NCBI RefSeq assembly: GCF_032444005.1
Contig: NC_091285.1
Location: 10,292,001-10,356,000, forward strand
Source of the DNA: Ranitomeya imitator
Taxonomy: Eukaryota
Reading direction: 5' to 3'
Length of the DNA stretch: 64,000 nt
The translations under genes were made by a program, and so were the position numbers. Below are positions 62,100-64,000 of the stretch, piece after piece (the first letter of the stretch is position 1; each line of letters begins with the position of its first letter). The notes under the pieces are model-generated. The model was given only the letters and a program-made list of their open reading frames with translations, did no database searches and was not told the DNA's origin.

Positions 62100-62690
62100 G
62101 CAGAAATCCTTTATTTAATATCAACTCCAGATAAAAATCATGGCCGGGGGAACAAGAGCCAAAGCTCGTGTGAGCTAGGGGGGACGACGGCCGTTTCGCG
62201 CTGTGCCTGCGCTTCTACGGGTCAGTCTGTGTTCGGGTTAGACAACGGAAATAGTGTGCCGGCCATGACACCTCCCACCACCAAACCCTCCCACAAATCA
62301 CGAAATACACAAAAATAAAAAGCACAATTAAAAACATAGAAACTGTTTCCAAAGGCCTGGAATAATCTTATACACTGTGAAAACAACAATATCATTACCC
62401 ACAACATCGGCATAGATTCAGATTCGCATGCTGTCTAACTGCAGCCTATTGCGTATAAGATTACAAGAAGATAGACATGTCCACACGATCGTTGAAGCCA
62501 AGTGGACCCAGCGCATTACTGCGCATGATCCACCTGGCCTCACGTCTAAGAAGCAAGTTGTTCCAATCACCTCCTTGAACAGGCAGAGTAACCCTTTCGA
62601 TCCCAGCAAAGGTAAGATATTGTGCATTGCCGCTATGCTTTTCCCTCACATGTGCGATCAGCCGCGGAACTCCTTTACCTGTCACCACTG
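62100..62690 (-). mobile_element. Penelope-like element 3' fragment: GIY-YIG endonuclease C-terminus plus pLTR with hammerhead-like motif
   Basis: ORF 62688-62461 ends LTFAGIERV...LLLRREARWIMRSNALGPLGFNDRVDMSIFL*, typical of the PLE GIY-YIG C-terminus; GAAACGGCCGTC at 62197-62186. Confidence 0.8.
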
Positions 62691-63239
62691 ACCGAATAAT
62701 TAACTTTTATCATTTTAGCATCTTACTGGCCTTTGTTCTCAGTCTACTTTTTGTGAAAAGCTTTGAGATTTTTTCACACGTTAAAATTTTTTTTTCTTTT
62801 TTTCTTTTTTTTATGAAAGTCTAGGTTCAGTTCCAATTATTATATTGCAAGCTGATGAACTATATCTGTGACCATACATCAGTGATGATATTTGTCTATG
62901 TATCGTGGAAGCCAAGAAGCGAGTACGGTCGATGACTTCTCTTATAAGTTCATGTTTTGCGCCTTTTTGCTAATATTTAAGAGGCTTAGCTAAGAAAATG
63001 CTGTTTGTAAACTTGATTAACAGAAAAGTTTAGTTTTAAAGTTCAGTTGTAATATGACAGTAGTTTCTAGGTCTAGTATTACGTATTATTTCAGCAGTGT
63101 ATTGATCATATGTGAGCCATATATGACAGTATTATCTGGGGATGGCAGTGCAGTATTTGAGCAATACATGGTATTCTTTAGACATTGACTTATATGAGCA
63201 ATGTATAGCGCAATTATGGGGATACCATGACAATTAGTG

Positions 63240-63480
63240 CCAGTGTGCGCTTTCTCTGTTCTTTGTGTTACTGTATTTGTTCATCACTGACTGACCTTGG
63301 ACCTTGCCTTTACCATCCATTTGCCTTGCCCTTTTGTCTTGAATTCTGACTTTGGACTGTGACCTGACCACGCCTTTGTCTTATCCCTTTATTTTAGGAC
63401 GAGCCCTCTTGGTATCGGACCCCGGCGCTCTTGACTATCCAGCCTCACTGCTTGTTTGTGAGTAGCGACTAGCGTCACAA
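63240..63480 (+). mobile_element. LTR-like fragment related to 56490-56775
   Basis: Shared 3' motif, see 56490 entry. Confidence 0.4.
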
Positions 63481-64000
63481 ATACCACTTCGAGGCTACAG
63501 TCAACATTGACCGTGGCATCTAAGAGGTTAAAATGCCAGGATCAGAGTTATCTCCAATCAATGCCAGGCGTCTGATACAGCTTCAAACATAGTTGTATTA
63601 ATTAGAATAAAAACTATAAATGATTGACGTAAAAAGGCAAATTGGTGATCACTAAGGAGTTAATTAGGCAGCAAACAAACAACAGAAAAACATCATGGTA
63701 TAAGAAGTTTAATAAAATTTTAATTACTACCTGACAATTGTGACATAGATGAATATTCCAAATAAATAATCATTTTCCTTAGTACGGTACATTAATTGAT
63801 TGATGAAATCACTAAGTTACTTTTATACCTTCACACAACACCCAATGACAATGCTTTGATACATTTTACATGTTTTAGCTTTTATTCTAATTTAGTATTA
63901 TTTATTTAGTATTATTTAGTATTATTCTTTTAGTCTCCTCTTTAGTAGATTTCCTAAAAATAAAAATTTGTTTGATAAGTAAATAAAAATATTTTTTTGT

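Noticed and set aside
50200-64000. Search for ITFG2, TEX52 or FOXM1 exons
   Set aside because: No ORF or exon resembling these proteins recognised; the region looks like TE-rich intergenic DNA.

Overview
Repeat-rich vertebrate genomic DNA, most likely a frog (inferred from the Tc1, T2/Kolobok-type, piggyBac-type, L2, CR1, Penelope and Helitron repeat complement). Three spliced genes were reconstructed by hand with GT-AG junctions and consistent exon phases. DDX11 (minus) has 9 coding exons (399 aa) in the window and continues past the left edge, with a probable non-coding exon 1 at about 18078-18135. FKBP4 (plus) is complete: 10 exons, 449 aa, head-to-head with DDX11. NRIP2 (minus) is complete: 6 exons, 270 aa, tail-to-tail with FKBP4. 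Introns and spacers hold about 13 minisatellite arrays and many transposon remnants; the very long ORFs in the supplied track are artefacts of these arrays. I found no clearly new multi-gene system. The best leads are: (1) NRIP2 has lost the Asp and Gly of its DTG aspartyl-protease motif (LSTE); (2) two satellites whose monomers each carry a CTCF-like motif, one arranged as a convergent inverted array; (3) two separate inverted arrays each interrupted by an L2 LINE within about 140 bp of the inversion point; (4) four hammerhead-ribozyme-like motifs with variant cores in Penelope-like remnants; (5) no ITFG2 between FKBP4 and NRIP2; (6) an 819-bp near-perfect palindromic MITE.
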